Assembly (NCBI RefSeq): GCF_036321535.1
Contig: NC_087437.1
Location: 102,612,001 to 102,676,000 of the forward strand
DNA length: 64,000 bases
Direction of reading: 5' to 3'
Source: Camelus dromedarius
Taxonomy: Eukaryota
Part shown: positions 45,247 through 58,718 of the stretch, one piece after another
Numbering within the stretch: the first letter of the stretch is position 1
Layout of the letters: each line of letters starts with the position of its first letter
Notes under the pieces: generated by a model
What the model was told of the DNA's origin: nothing
What the model saw: the letters and a program-made list of their open reading frames with translations, nothing else
The model's database searches: none
Made by a program: the position numbers and the translations under genes

Positions 45247-45374
45247 ATGAACCAACCTGGCCAACATGTTGCTTTCAGATTTCTGGTCTCCTGAATTGTG
45301 AAGGAATGAATTTCTTTTGTTTTAAGTCACCCTGTTTGTGGTGATTAGTTATAGCAGCCCTAGGACACTAATAC
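45247..45374 (+). mobile_element. MLT1 LTR 3' fragment
   Basis: ttctggtctcctgaattgtgaaggaatgaatttcttttgttttaagtcaccctgtttgtggtgattagttatagcagccctaggacactaataca. Confidence 0.8.
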
Positions 45375-46361
45375 AATACGGAAGCAAGGTTTACTTTAAA
45401 AATAACAAATCTAAGAACTTACATATAAATAAGTAAATTTAAATATTAAAAAATACAACTGCTCATGGTGATAACCAGAATCCATGACTCAGTGATGTTG
45501 TAAAGTTTCCTTTGTTGTTAGTTTTCTCTTTTTAACACTGACTATTTGGAGTATATTCATTAATGAAGATTTGTAAGTGCAAGAATAACAAGTTATTCCA
45601 AATATAAACCACGGAATTTGGCAATAATTATATTTTCATAGGCACTGAATTTCAGAGTTAGTAAGAAACTTCACAGCTTATGAACTCTACACCCCTAATT
45701 TTGGAGAAAGTTCAATGGCCTGTTTAAAAACCACTCATCCAGATGGTTAATAATTCACATTCCCCAGTTCCCAGGCCCATACCTCACCATCAATTAAAAC
45801 AAATTTGGAAAATGAGTAAAGTCTGATGAGTAACTGATGACTGTGGTTCTATCTGTAACTAGAAAACTTTTTTTTTTTTTTTTTTACATCTTGGAAAAAT
45901 AAGTTTCCTGGGAATTTCTTTCCCAGTCTTATGTTGCTTTTCCTTCTTATTCTCTCTCTCTCTCTTGCTCTCTTTCTCTTTCTCATTTTAGTTTTCTCTC
46001 CCTACTCGGTGGACATAATAGTCCCTATATTTTCAAGACTATTCAGACTATGATACTAATTTGCCTGATCAGCAGCTCTTCAGTCTCAAGAATTTGGGCA
46101 GAATAAGGAAACAGCAGGAAGCATTCAAGGGCAGGGGGATCAGCTGCATGTTGGATGTGACCAGTGAGCTGAGAGCCTTAACAAACTTCATGTCTTTGGA
46201 GCCCTGTGGATAGTATGCTGAAGAGGTACAAAATCTGAATTCTATATAGACCTTAGCACAGACTTCCATTCTCATTCAAATTGAAAATATGTACATATTT
46301 TCTTTTCAGCTAATAGGTTATTAAAATGGCCATTCAAAATATGCTCTACTAATTAAGTTTA

Positions 46362-47295
46362 AAAATATCTGCAAATGATGCAACTGACAAGGGCTTAATT
46401 TCCAGAATATACAAACAGCTCCTACAACTCAATCATCAAAACAAACAATCCGATCAAAAAATGGGCAGAAGACCTAAACAGATACTTCTCCAGTGAAGAC
46501 ATATACATGGCCAATAGCACATGGAAAGATGCTCAATATCACCTAATATCAGAGAAATGCAAATCAAAACTACAATAAAGTATCATTTCACACTAGTCAG
46601 ACTGACCATCATCAAAAAGTCCACGAATAATAAATACTGGAGAGAAAGCATGGAGAAAAGGGAACCCTCCCACACTGCTGGTGGAAACGTAGTTTGGTGC
46701 AGCCACTATGGAAAACAGTATGGAGATTCCTTAAAAAACTAAAAATAGACTTACCATATGATCCAGCAATTCCACTCCTGGGCATATATCAGAAGAAAAC
46801 TCTTAATTCAAGAGGATACATGCACCTCAATGTTCATAGCAGCACTGTTTACAATAGCCAAGACATGGACACAACTAAATGTCCATGGACAGATGATTGG
46901 ATAAAGAAGATGTGGTGTATATATACAATGGAATATTACTCAGCCATAAAAAAGAATGATATAATGCCATTTGCAGTAACATGGATGACCTAGAGATGAT
47001 CATACTAAATGAAATAAGTCACACAGAGAAAGACAAATATAACATGACAGCACTTATATGTGGAATCTTAAAAAATGACACAAACAAACTTATTTACAAA
47101 CAGAAAAAGATTCGTAGACATAGAAAATGAACTTATGGTTACCAGAGAGGAAAGGAGAGGAGAGAAGGATAAATTAGGAGTTTGGGATTAGCAGATACAA
47201 ACTACTATATACAAAGTAGATAAATGACAGACCTACTGTGTAGCTCAGGGAACTATATTCAATAGCTTGCAATAACCTATAATGAAAAAGAAAAA

Positions 47296-47333
<38 letters not shown>

Positions 47334-47403
47334 CAGGATCACTATGTCATATACCAAAAACTAACACAACATTGTAAATCAACTATACTTCATTTAAAAA
47401 AAA
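46362..47403 (+). mobile_element. 5'-truncated L1 (ORF2 C-terminus, 3'UTR, A tail) with diverged TSD
   Basis: ORFs 46521-46742 ([18 protein letters not shown]) and 46694-46993 ([30 protein letters not shown]...WIKKMWCIYTMEYYSAIKKN) are L1 ORF2p C-terminal motifs. The flanks are atgctctactaattaagttta (46341) and atgctctgctaatgaagctta (47404). There is an internal A/(TA)n run at ~47283-47331. Confidence 0.95.
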
Positions 47404-48331
47404 ATGCTCTGCTAATGAAGCTTATAAGGCATCAGTAAAATACTTTCCTTCACTAGCCCTGTCAATAAAGAAAAAATATTTACTACCTTAACTGATGTGG
47501 GATTTTTAATCTATGAAATATGCATTTTTCTTACTGTTATTCTTTTAGTTTATAAACTAAATAAATAAAGTTAAATTTGGCATAGTTTTTACAATTGTTT
47601 TATATTAAACATAGAGACAAATTTAGTGATATCATTTACTTAATCTTAAGGTTTTCTAGTCATCATATTTATGGATTTTTTTTCTGCTCTTAGCTTAGTC
47701 TAAAAGACACTTTATAGCCTTTTTCTTCATTATATTGTGCAGAAATTCCATTGACTGCTATTTTGAATCAGTCACTACCACTTTAGAAAACAGATTGTTA
47801 TGTATGAACAATACTCAAATTGAATATTTTAGATAAGCCTCATTTTGTCTAAAAACTGATAACTAGGAAAGTTATCATTAGAATATTAGAAAAAAAACTG
47901 TCTTATAATTAAGGTTGAGCTGTCCTTTAAATTCATCTCTACAATATTCCCATACATTCATTAACTTCAGATGTAATTGGAAAGCACATAATTAATGCAA
48001 TAGGTCTCAATGTTTATCAAATTACCACCAACCATCGTCATTTCTTGATGATGCTCGGCAATACGGCACATGGACATCGATAAAATACTAATTATGAATT
48101 ACTAATTGCAATGACTCCACAAGGCCTAAAAAACAGCATCACTGTTTAAATTAAATTAAGTTAGTTTTATTGACTTAATTGTTGAAGGATGAGCTGTTTC
48201 GAGCTGTAAAATTTTGAACTGACATTTTAAATGCCGTCTACTGTTGAAATTAATGCCAATTGTTCTGAAAGTAGGAACCAGCAACAAAAGATGCTGAGGA
48301 TAATAGGTTGCCCACATGAACACATGCTTAC

Positions 48332-48357
48332 TTCCTAGACGCCACGAATCGAGAGAA
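48332..48357 (-). other. Candidate 26-nt micro-exon of an unidentified minus-strand gene
   Basis: Minus strand reads ...atatgttttaacag|TTCTCTCGATTCGTGGCGTCTAGGAA|gtaagcat. It has a canonical acceptor and a strong GTAAG donor, 3 CpGs in 26 nt, and repeat-free flanks. Confidence 0.55.
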
Positions 48358-50109
48358 CTGTTAAAACATATTCATACATTTTTACTTTAGCTGTTAATTA
48401 AAAAAATTAAAAGCACATGGAAATACAGAAGCCATAATCTTCCAAGAATTTCTAATCAAAACTGTCTTATATTCCACAAATATAAATGTATCTGAAGTAT
48501 ATAAAAACAACAGCAAAGACCATCACTGATTTTCTATTAGTATTACTTGCATCACTGTTACAATCCATCTGCTCCTCTCTCTTGAAGCCTCCAACTACTC
48601 ATCAGCAAGGCGATCATTTTCTAGTAAGTCTTTTCAAATTATAGCCTCTAGAAGAATAATCTTTTAATCAATTAAGTTATGTATTTCAGGAACTATTCAA
48701 ACTTAATTAATTTCAGGACTCATCAGATTGAAACTGTCAGAAACAGGCAAACCCAGACTGTTTCCAACTTCAAGACATTACTTTTAGTTAGAAACACATG
48801 TTAATGACTTACATAGACAAAATTGATATCTTATTTTTTTTTTTACAACCACACCGACAAGTGGAGTACCTTTGTAAACGAAGACTTTGTGTTAAAGGAC
48901 ACATCTGTCAGGATTCACATATTCAGCTTTCCTGGGGGTGATTAACTCGGGGTATCCCCAGCTGTGAGACTCTGAGAGACTGTGGCAAAAAAGCAAAAAG
49001 CAAAAAGCAAAACAAAACAACTTCAGTACTGGTAACCCTTCCTGATTTTCTCATTGGTAGTTTTATCACTATCAAAATTAAGTAAATATTTTCTAAAACT
49101 TGTCAAACTAAGAGGTCTGACAGATGATCTGAAAGATGCCAGTGCCCTTCTTCATTATACACATGGTTCTCAAACTGCAACAAAAGCTGCATTGTCTACT
49201 GGCTGTTTCTGTTCTTCGTGATGAAATCTAAGAATAAGTCTAAGAATAATAATGTTTTCTAATTTAGATGGAAGTAAACTAGTCTAAAACTGAACCCATT
49301 TGAATTCTAGATCATAACCTTGGTGATTTAAAGCTGCATTATAATTTGTCAAGGCAACTACTTTGGTCATAATAGATGCCAGCTGGTACCTCCTTTTAAT
49401 AAAATGTTCTAATTTCTCAAGTAGCATAGATCCTTTGTAATCTTTATTGCCCTATTTTCTAGTTTGTTACCTCTCTTTTTTATTGGATCAGTAGTTTAGG
49501 GAAGGAATTTTAACCCAATAAATATCCCATGGATAATAGATACCATCATTCTCCTTCTTTTCTTTCTCCCTGATTCCAAGAAGACAAGTGGGTAAATCTA
49601 TGCCTTAAATATCACAACTCCAAAGTACCCAAACAAACACTGTCTCCTGTGGTTCTCTCAACATGGACCATTTCAAACCAGTCCTTCAGATGATAAGTTT
49701 CTGGCTAGTGTTTCTTCTGGGTTTTTTTTGTTGTTGTTATTGTTGCTTTTTAATGTTGTTTTTCAACTAAAGTGGTATGGTTTTGACTGGATATAATGGC
49801 ATTCACCTGAATGCTAGTTTGTGAAAACATTACCTTTGTGTAAGTGATATAATCTTTCCAATCCATCACTTCACCAAGTATCCCATTCTGCCTTAAGGGA
49901 CCCAGTAATACCTCTGTTGACTATTCCAAGAAAGACATGGAATTGGCACTCATTTCCAAGAGCTCTAGCTGCTATAAGTGTTCAGAATTTCCTACTCCAT
50001 ATGGAAAAAATAGTGTTTCTTGAAGTCAGTGCTGTAAGACTTCTGGAAGAGCACTTTCTGAAAAATCCTAGATATACTTTGATTTATTCTAGAAAGGTTT
50101 TGCTGTTCC

Positions 50110-50508
50110 CTCTGAGGGCAGCTTAGGATGGATGGCCTTGACAAAGATGGCCTTAATATTCCCCTCAGCTTGATTAATAGTTAGACCAGCTCCTTCCTGC
50201 TTCTGGACCCCTCACCTCACTCTCACCCAAGATGTCACAGAATCCAGGTAGCCTAATCACAGAGAAAAATATTCCATGCTAATTGGTCCTAATAACAAAC
50301 TCAGTAAAAGACTCAATGCACTTGACACAACCCACTTGACTCCCCCACAACAGCAGTCAGTAATTTTCCACTAGCTCATCCAGCTCTTAAAAACTCTTTT
50401 TTTCAGCAGAGTTGAGTTTAGACTTAGTAACAGTCTCTTTCCCTTACTGCAATAGTCTTGAGTAAAGTCATCCTTGTCTGTTTAACATTGTTGCAATTTT
50501 CTTTGACA
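50110..50508 (+). mobile_element. ERV1 LTR (MER34/MER39-like)
   Basis: aagatggccttaatattcccctcagcttga...gagttgagtttagac...ctgcaatagtcttgagtaaagtc...ttttctttgaca. Confidence 0.65.
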
Positions 50509-52161
50509 AAAGTGGTAAAAGGCGGTAATGTTACTGTACTTGTAGCATGCAATGCCTGAGCAAGGGTGTACAATATGAGAGTTTGAGTGACAACTTTTCT
50601 TTGGTCACTTCGATAATTATGAACAACATGACTTCTTTGGGAGAGTGCTAATTCAGTCTAATAGGTAGTCAGAAGTTTTACTAGTTGTTGATATTAAAAG
50701 ACTGAGACAGATAAATAAATAAAAGATGTTGGGGAAAGGGTCAGAAAGTAATGTATATGTCAATTAATATAAATTAACTGCATTGGATTCTCATAGGACA
50801 TTTGAAAACGGATGAAATGTGAGCTGTATCAATGGACATGTACATCAGATAGAATGTCCTAACTGATCATTTTAGGTAATGTAAGTTACTACACAGTATC
50901 AACACTGCCCTGTACTATATTGTTGACAATAGGGCACCCAGATTCTAATTGTTTTTGAAATTAGAGATTTGTCCAGTGCTTCCTTTCAATATACTAGCCT
51001 ATCCTGTGTGTATCTTGTCCCTCCGCTCTACCTTGCAATGCTTATAAAATAGGGTTACATCTAAGATTTACTTTTTTTTTTATTTCCAACTATAGGACAT
51101 ATTGTATTCTGATGTTAATATTGATGAGGAATGTGGCTCCATCCACTCTACAAATGTCATAAAGATACCCAAGGGAAGAAAAAAGAAAGAATCTTCAATG
51201 TTTATCTGTAGTGTTTAGGGCATTGATTTGTTTGTTTTAATCTCAGTGGCATTCATGTTTCTTAGAATGATTAGAATATTAAACTAGAATTTACTTCAAA
51301 GTGCTATAAAAATGTTTCTCCTAACTACATTATGACCATGAAGCTATACATTTATATTTCCAGAGTAACTCTAATCCTCTTACTATTATAGTGAACAACA
51401 ATGTGATTTTAAGCCAATGGCAAGTCAATGCATATTCCCTTTAGAAATCCTCATGTGATTTTTTTCCCTAAGGTAAATATAAAATATCTCATACAGAAAC
51501 CCAGCAAAGAATTAGGATGAAATATTAATGAAAAAACTTGAAGGAAAGGACACACTAAAACATTTAAATAAATAAGATATTATAATGAAAATATCAAGCT
51601 GGACAGTCTGACTCTCGAGCCCTTGCTCTTAACCATTTTGTTCAGGGCTGTTTGATTTTACTAAGTACAAGAGTAGCGCTCTAAACACAATGTAGCATCA
51701 AGACTAGTAATAGTTGGGTGAATAGTAATACCTAACGTTTGTTGAACACTTACTGTCTGTGGGGACTTTTTCTAAACACTTTAACTAAAACCTTTAATTT
51801 TTGTTTAATTTGTAATAAAACTGTATGAGGTGTACAGATAATAAAATAGAGAAAGTATGTGTAATTTACCCAAATCACATTTCTAGTAAGTGATAAAGGC
51901 ATTCAGTAGGTTTTTGGTTTTTTGGTTTTTTTGACATAATATTGGTCTCAGCTAGGGGGAATGCATATCTTTATCACAGTTTCCCCAAGAGTTCCTGATT
52001 TGGTGACCAACAGACCTTAAGTGTGGATCTGAAATAATATAACAACTTATATTTTCTCTAGTGAGGAAAGCTAAGAATTCAAGAATTCACTGAATTCTGT
52101 GAAAATAGGCTATTGCCAAAAATGTGAGGAATTTTTTTCCAATAATCCCCCGACTCAGATG

Positions 52162-52210
52162 CACACACGCACACACACACCTTCTCTCTCTCTCTCTCTC
52201 TCACTCACTC
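52162..52210 (+). repeat. (CA)n-(CT)n compound microsatellite
   Basis: cacacacgcacacacacaccttctctctctctctctctctcactcactc. Confidence 0.9.
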
Positions 52211-52212
52211 AT

Positions 52213-52607
52213 TGTGTTGGTTAATTTTATGTGTCAACTTGACTGGCCTCTGGATGCCCAGATTAAACATTATTTCTGAGTTTGTCTGTGAGGGTCTTTC
52301 AGGGTGAGATTTACACTTGAATCCGTGGACTCGGTAAAGTAGATTTCTGGTCCCAGTGTAGGTGGGCATCATCCAGTCTGTTGAGAGCCTGAATAGAACA
52401 AAACCGAGGAAAGATGGATTGGTTTTCCCTCTGCTTCCCTGCTTGAGGTGGGACATCCCATTTCATCTTCTCTGCACTAGAAGTGAGATTTACACCATTG
52501 GTTCCCCTGGGTTCTCAGGCCTTTGGACTCTGAATTATATCACTGGCTTTTTATGTCTGTAAAATATCCTGCTGGTCCTGTTTCCCTGGAGGATCCTGAC
52601 TAATACA
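52213..52607 (+). mobile_element. MLT2 (ERVL) solo LTR
   Basis: Starts tgtgttggttaattttatgtgtcaacttgactgg and ends ctgtttccctggaggatcctgactaataca. The 5-bp flanks are ctcat and ctcac. Confidence 0.9.
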
Positions 52608-55125
52608 CTCACTCACACACACAGACACACATCCCAACAGTACACACGAACATACACTTGGGATTCTTATGTCTCCACACTTCAAGAAGAGTCTATTATT
52701 TTTATTGAAAAATAGTTTTGGATGATTTTTAATATGTTGCACCTAACAAAGTAGCACTTGATAAATATCTCAGATTGAAAAACGCAGCTAAGGAGCAAGT
52801 GGAATCCCATCAGAGTAGAACATCCTCAGTGACCCTAGGGACTGTGTGTTCATGGCAATTATCACGTACACTTTCCTCTTCATATTTTGAGATTCACTCA
52901 AAATATACAGATATCATGTGCTAAGTTAATTTCTTCAACAGGAAAGTTTTTAATCTGATCCAATTTAGTTCTTGTTTTGGTTTTAGTTGTTGCTGTTTTG
53001 TATAATTTTGGCAAAAGAGGAATGATGAGCATTTATTATAGATTTTTTTACCCATCAAAATCATGGCAGGTTAGATGTTTTCAGGCTGGCCCATGTTAGT
53101 GTTCTTTCTTATATTAGAAGCAATCCATGACAGTTGTATTTTGAACTGCATCTTTCTGACAACCTAGAAATGCTTTTTTAAAAATCTTAAATGTAAGTTA
53201 TAACTTCCCCTTTTCTATTTTTAAGGGACAGATTTTGATGTAGTAAATTAGGGCAGACTTCTCCGAAGTGGAGCTTTCCTTTGAATAGGCACAGGTTGAG
53301 GGGTCATGACAATGCATCTTCAGTCATAATGGTCAGATGTGGAACTTATGGTTTTCATTTTAGTGGTCCAGCAACGCAACTCTCAGAAAATTGTTCTCTG
53401 AATGCCTGACTGCTTCTGTTACCTTCTGCTTACCTCACTCTAATTCAACAGGATTTAAAGTGTATTTACCTTCTTCTATATGAGGTTAAATAAAGCAGAC
53501 CTCATATTACCTGCACATATCTAGAAAAATACCACAGAAGCATATTTCATAAAAATTAAGACTAAACATCTTCTTTTAAAGTATATGTAAATAATGTCTG
53601 GCACCAATAGATGATTAAGCACAAAAGAGAAATAATTTTGTGTCTGGTTTCATTTGTAATTGTCACATTAAGAATAATGGTTGTTCCCCATTAGCTCCCA
53701 TTTAACAGCATCACTTTTCCTTTTACACTAAAGAAGAATGTATAGAGAAATCTGGAGCTAGGAAATGTGTTGCAGCATGCCAGATTCTACGCGCCGTATA
53801 CTCCTGTCACCCTCGGAAAGTGGCACTGATGTTCAGAGCAGTGGTCTAGGAATGCTAACTGCAATTAAACTCCATTTTCAAATATATTTTACAGCTCTTT
53901 ATGGGATACGACTTTCCTAATTTGATGTCCTTGAAGATTGTCAGGCTGACCAAAATGGTAAAGGTTCATCTATCTTTTGGAAAAATCCTTAATTATTAAA
54001 CAAAATGAACAACACATGGAAATTTAAGGCAAAGCAAATGGTGGGGGGGAGGGGAAGAAATTAAGAACTTTACAGAGAAGGATCTAATGTGGTGTTTTAA
54101 CTTGGAGCCATAAATGACGCACTTTCTTTTAACACATAAGGAATAGATTCATTAATATTTTTTTTTTTTTTGCTTCTAAAAATTGTGTTTTTCCTGACTG
54201 GAAAACGTGAACACAGTAATTATATAAACAATAAGAACACATGGAAATTACATTTCCATTGCACAGGCAGACTTCAGAATCTTTTTACATACAATATACA
54301 TATATTTTTACATATTACATAGGAGCTAATTTGACCTTTTCAGCTTTCAGTGAATGTTCTTCACAGTCTTGTCCAATTCATGTTCCATTCTTAGAAAGCT
54401 TATCTCAAAATTCTTGCAGATTTTTATAGACATTCATACTATGAGATTTTCATGTTAGAAATTCAGTAGGTTTCTTTTTGTTGTGTTTATGTTTTGTTTG
54501 TCTTCATGGCCAGTCATGCAGAGTTCTCTGTGTATGAAATACCTCTTACATTTAAAATTTCAGATTGAGGTTTACTGTAATAGTAGAATTTTAGCACAAG
54601 GAGCTTGAAATATGTATTTAAGCTTCTATCAAGGTCAGTTTACTCAACGCCTTACTAGCAAGTGAAATTCAACCTGCAGCTGCATAGGTAGAAAGTTACC
54701 TATCCGATTTTTCGAAATTCTTTTATTCAATGTTTGAACAGGTACAAACACACATGGAATAAAAATCAAAATTCTCAAAAAGGTCTCCAGCAAAACGTTG
54801 GCTTCCCCTCATCTATATCCTACAGCCTCCACACGGTGTGAGATAACTTTGAGTACCAGTTCCCCTTTATTTTACCTGAGATACAATGTCCTGATATAAA
54901 CATATGCCTTCGTCCTTTCTAATTTTACGTGCTTCTTTTAACCTAGTAACATAGCTTAGACGTCATTTGTTTTCAGTGCACACAGAGGTATCTCACTTGT
55001 TTTAAAGGAAACATACTATTCTGGTGAAAAGATACACTTTAATGTGTTCAGCCTATCTGTATAGATGAGCACTTATTTATTTTCCCAAATACTTTCCTTT
55101 TACAGCAAGGTTGCAGTGGTTCTCT

Positions 55126-55580
55126 GTCGCAGTTTGGGTTTCACCAGAAGCAGAATCTGATGAAAGATCTTGAGGACAAATAATTTATTTGGTAACAATC
55201 CCAGAACATCAGAAAGGGATTGAGAAAAGAGACACAAGGAGAAGAGAGAATCCAAGAACAAGTACAGTTTTACAAAACTCGAATTGTGGGCCCCTGGAGC
55301 TCAGCCCTGCTGGAGAACCCCAGCGCACAGTGTAGAACATACCTTAGTTATTCAGTTCAGGGGCTGAGAAGTTAGAATATTTACCTCGCAAATCCCTGCT
55401 CATTACTGATTGCCAGCTGCTTACAAGGTCCTTAGCTCTATAGCACTTTTGGAATTCTCTGTGCATGATCTGAACTCTTACAGCTAGGGGAAAAAAAACC
55501 CTCAGAAATAAAATGCAGATGTTCACATGAAGTTGCCTTCTTATAAAGATGTAGAGAGGATGCGAATAAGACACTGAAAC
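55126..55580 (-). mobile_element. LTR16-like ERVL LTR within an old antisense L1M fragment (~54690-55980)
   Basis: gggtttcaccagaagcagaatctga...aataatttatttgg...atcccag resembles the reverse LTR16 end. Both flanks look like antisense old L1. Confidence 0.6.
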
Positions 55581-57979
55581 CATCCTCTGCATTATCCTTC
55601 TAGGTATGTCTTTTTGTACAAGGGCTGGGATGTGTCCATTTCTTGTTTTCCAAATGGCCCTGTAGACTCACACCAGTAATGTACGCTTCTCTCCCACACA
55701 TTTTCCCACCTACAGAATTTTAATAAAAGCCATGATATTTGCTAATCTAATAACTGAAAAAAAATGCTGTTTTACTTTAGTTTTGGTTTTCAATAATCCC
55801 ATTAAGGTTGAGATAAAGCTTTTTTTAAAAAGTCATCTGAGTCATTTTACTTGCTTCTTTATAAACTGTCTGTTCACATTCTTGTCAATTGTAAAAATCA
55901 CATTGTTGGGCTGTTCCTTATTAATTTTTACAAGCTCATCACAGACTGAAGAAATAAAGTATTCACTACATAAGTGGAATTATACTTAACAAGATACTCT
56001 TAAGTGTTTTGAGTTTAACACATTTTACAGTATGTAGAAAAATAGGATGGGTTTTCAGAAATTGATTAGTTCATGGATATTATTCAGCTCAGGATGGAAA
56101 TGATCAAATCTGCGCTATAGAAAGTCTTATCAATTTAAATTATCTCTAACAACTTGCATGCATTTTTTAATACACTATAAAAATTTCCATGCCCTAATTT
56201 TTTAATATTAGAAGTTTTTGGCAATTTAACAGTGTACTATTATAATAAAGAACCTAAGAGGACAACTAAAGCATAAAGATCATTGGAGAACAATTCAATG
56301 CAACGGAAGCAAAGAGGGTGAATAGAGGACTGTGACCTGCAGAAGACTTAGAGGTCCCTGTGAAACCTGTAAAAATATAACCAGGACTTGGAAGGAATGT
56401 GTTTAAATTTTCAGGAAAAAGTAATTAAGGCAATTCTGGTTCTAGAAATAACATAAGCAAAACCATGTCTATAGGGATAAATATGTTGTGCTTGTGGACC
56501 AATGAGGAGACTAGTCTGCCGTCTGTTAAATACAGTGATGAGTGACATTGAATTATGATGACCTTGAATATATTCATGTTTCAGGCAAGAGGACACCACT
56601 GGGGATTCTTGGCTCATCAATGGGAAAGACGATTAAAGAGATATTTCCAAAATCTAGTCTGTAATTTGCATTGGAAGACAGTGAAATAGGGAACAGAGAC
56701 CCTAGGCAATGATCAATAATGTGTGACAATTTAATGATTCTTTCAAGTAGAATCATTAAGTTCAAGTGGCCCCGTAATACACATACGAAACAATAAAATA
56801 GATTTCTATCGAGACCAAGTCCTAGAGCCATCAGAAAAGATCACATCTTTAGATTATTACTGTATACTTATTTTGATTGTATTTTCCAATAAAATGAGAG
56901 GATTACTCACAGTAATAGTACACTCAAAAGGAGAAAAATATTAAATATATATTTTTCAACCTTTGATTATTCCAATATCTAATTCTAAGTGAAAGAAACT
57001 TGTTAAAAAAATTAATACTCAAACTTAGATTTAGGATCTTTATGCTGGTTTGTTTTTGCAGATGAAGAATTTTTGTGCAAAACTTTATATTGAAGATTTT
57101 GAGAAGAATGATTTTCTAATCTAATTTTGCCTGTACAACATCCAATCTGCAATGATTCTCGGACAATTTTAGTAACCTTTCTTTCTTTAAAAGATGAAAT
57201 ATTCAGTCAACTAGAACATTAAGGGAAACCAAAGTGCTCTTCCTCTAATGAGAAGCAGAAATTCAACCGCTAGGTCAGAAATGGCTAAATGAACAGGTTC
57301 CCTTTTCTTTACTAAAGAAGCTGTGACTGACACTAACTCCTCTTGCCTTAATACAAAATCATGGAGATGTGATTTCCAGGGAATCTCAATTTGCTGTCTC
57401 ATTAATTCTCATTTTTATGTGATGGGTTCCCAGGCACGAGTGCTTCTGCTCCTTTCGACTACACTGCTCTCTCTTTGGTTTGCCACTGATGTTAGCCACT
57501 CAAAGCTTTATACCACATGAGCACTGATGAATGCTGGAAATAAATCAATTCATCAGACCTGTAGCAACTGGATACTCAGGATCAATTTTCTTTTTGTGAG
57601 AAAACTAATGGATTTGGTAACGAAGTGGCTGAGAGGCAATGGAGTAAGTTCTGCAGTTTATTTTTCTCATTCGACCCAATGATTTCCTCTAAAGTATGTG
57701 TCACGGGATTGAGAGAGAGTGTTTAATATAAAGTTAACTTTATCGTAACATTGTATGTGTACACAGAGTCAGAGTTCTGTTGATAATGTAATAATTTGTT
57801 TTGACGCAAACTATGTATTTAAGAAAAACAGGAATAAGATTTCCTTATTTCCAGAAAATAACACTTCTTAAACTTGAATCAAGAAATAGTACAGATCCAC
57901 CCTATATTATTTAAAATTGAGTAGTTGTAAGCAATTAGTTTGATATCAAATAAAATTAAAGAACTTTTATAAAATCCAG

Positions 57980-58380
57980 TGTGATAGATTGTTTGTTCAC
58001 CATCAAACCCATTTACTCTTCATTTCTGGGCAAAAGCTAAACTATTTCCCGACTTCTGTCGCAATTAACAGGAATACTATGGTTCATTTCTAGCCAATAG
58101 AATAAGATATGATGTGATGCATAATAATAAACTTCCCACAGACTCTCATCCATGTCTCCTACTCATCCCCCCATCATGACCTTGGATGCCAGCCCTTAAA
58201 GATGGTGGAGCTAAACATATAGAAGGAACTCAAGCTTTTAATTACCACTTGGAGTCAACTTGCCTACCAATGAAGAACATTCATTTTGCAATTTCCATGA
58301 GCAAGAGTTTACATTATCTTGAACCACTGTGATTTTGCAATTTGTATGTTAAGACAGTGCATTTGATCTAAGTTAAAACA
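57980..58380 (+). mobile_element. MLT1-type MaLR solo LTR
   Basis: tgtgatagattg...ttctagccaatagaataag...aagatggtggagc...gaaccactgtgattttg...aaaaca. Confidence 0.7.
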
Positions 58381-58629
58381 CCTTAGGAAGAGGAATTGGA
58401 AAAGATCTGAGAATGGAGAAAAACTTCAGTCATTAGAAAGACTACATTTTTCATCAATTTGGAAAATAGATGACTCTCAAAATGGATATTAAGTTGAGTT
58501 TTAGAAATAAAACAATTATTTATTGCACATATGAGTTTAAGGACACAGATTTATTAAATTAATTTTCTAGAGCATGCACTTCCTTACTATTGAGTGTCTT
58601 CCACTGTGGTCAATATCTAAGAATGAAAT

Positions 58630-58718
58630 AAAGGCAGAGAAGAAAGAAAAAAGAAAGAAAGGAAGGAAGAAAGAGAAAGAAGGAGGAAGAGAAAAAGAAG
58701 GGAGGAAGCAGGGAAAAA
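58630..58718 (+). repeat. Purine-rich (GAAA/GGAA) low-complexity tract
   Basis: agaaagaaaaaagaaagaaaggaaggaagaaagagaaagaaggaggaagagaaaaagaagggaggaag. Confidence 0.85.

Noticed and set aside
46521..46993. Two ORFs with convincing protein-like sequence
   Set aside because: They are the L1 ORF2p C-terminus from a truncated, frameshifted copy, not a host gene.
48332..48357. LSIRGV resembles the PBX motif VLSIRGAQEE
   Set aside because: The match is only 5-6 residues, is followed by a stop, and has no flanking PBX similarity.
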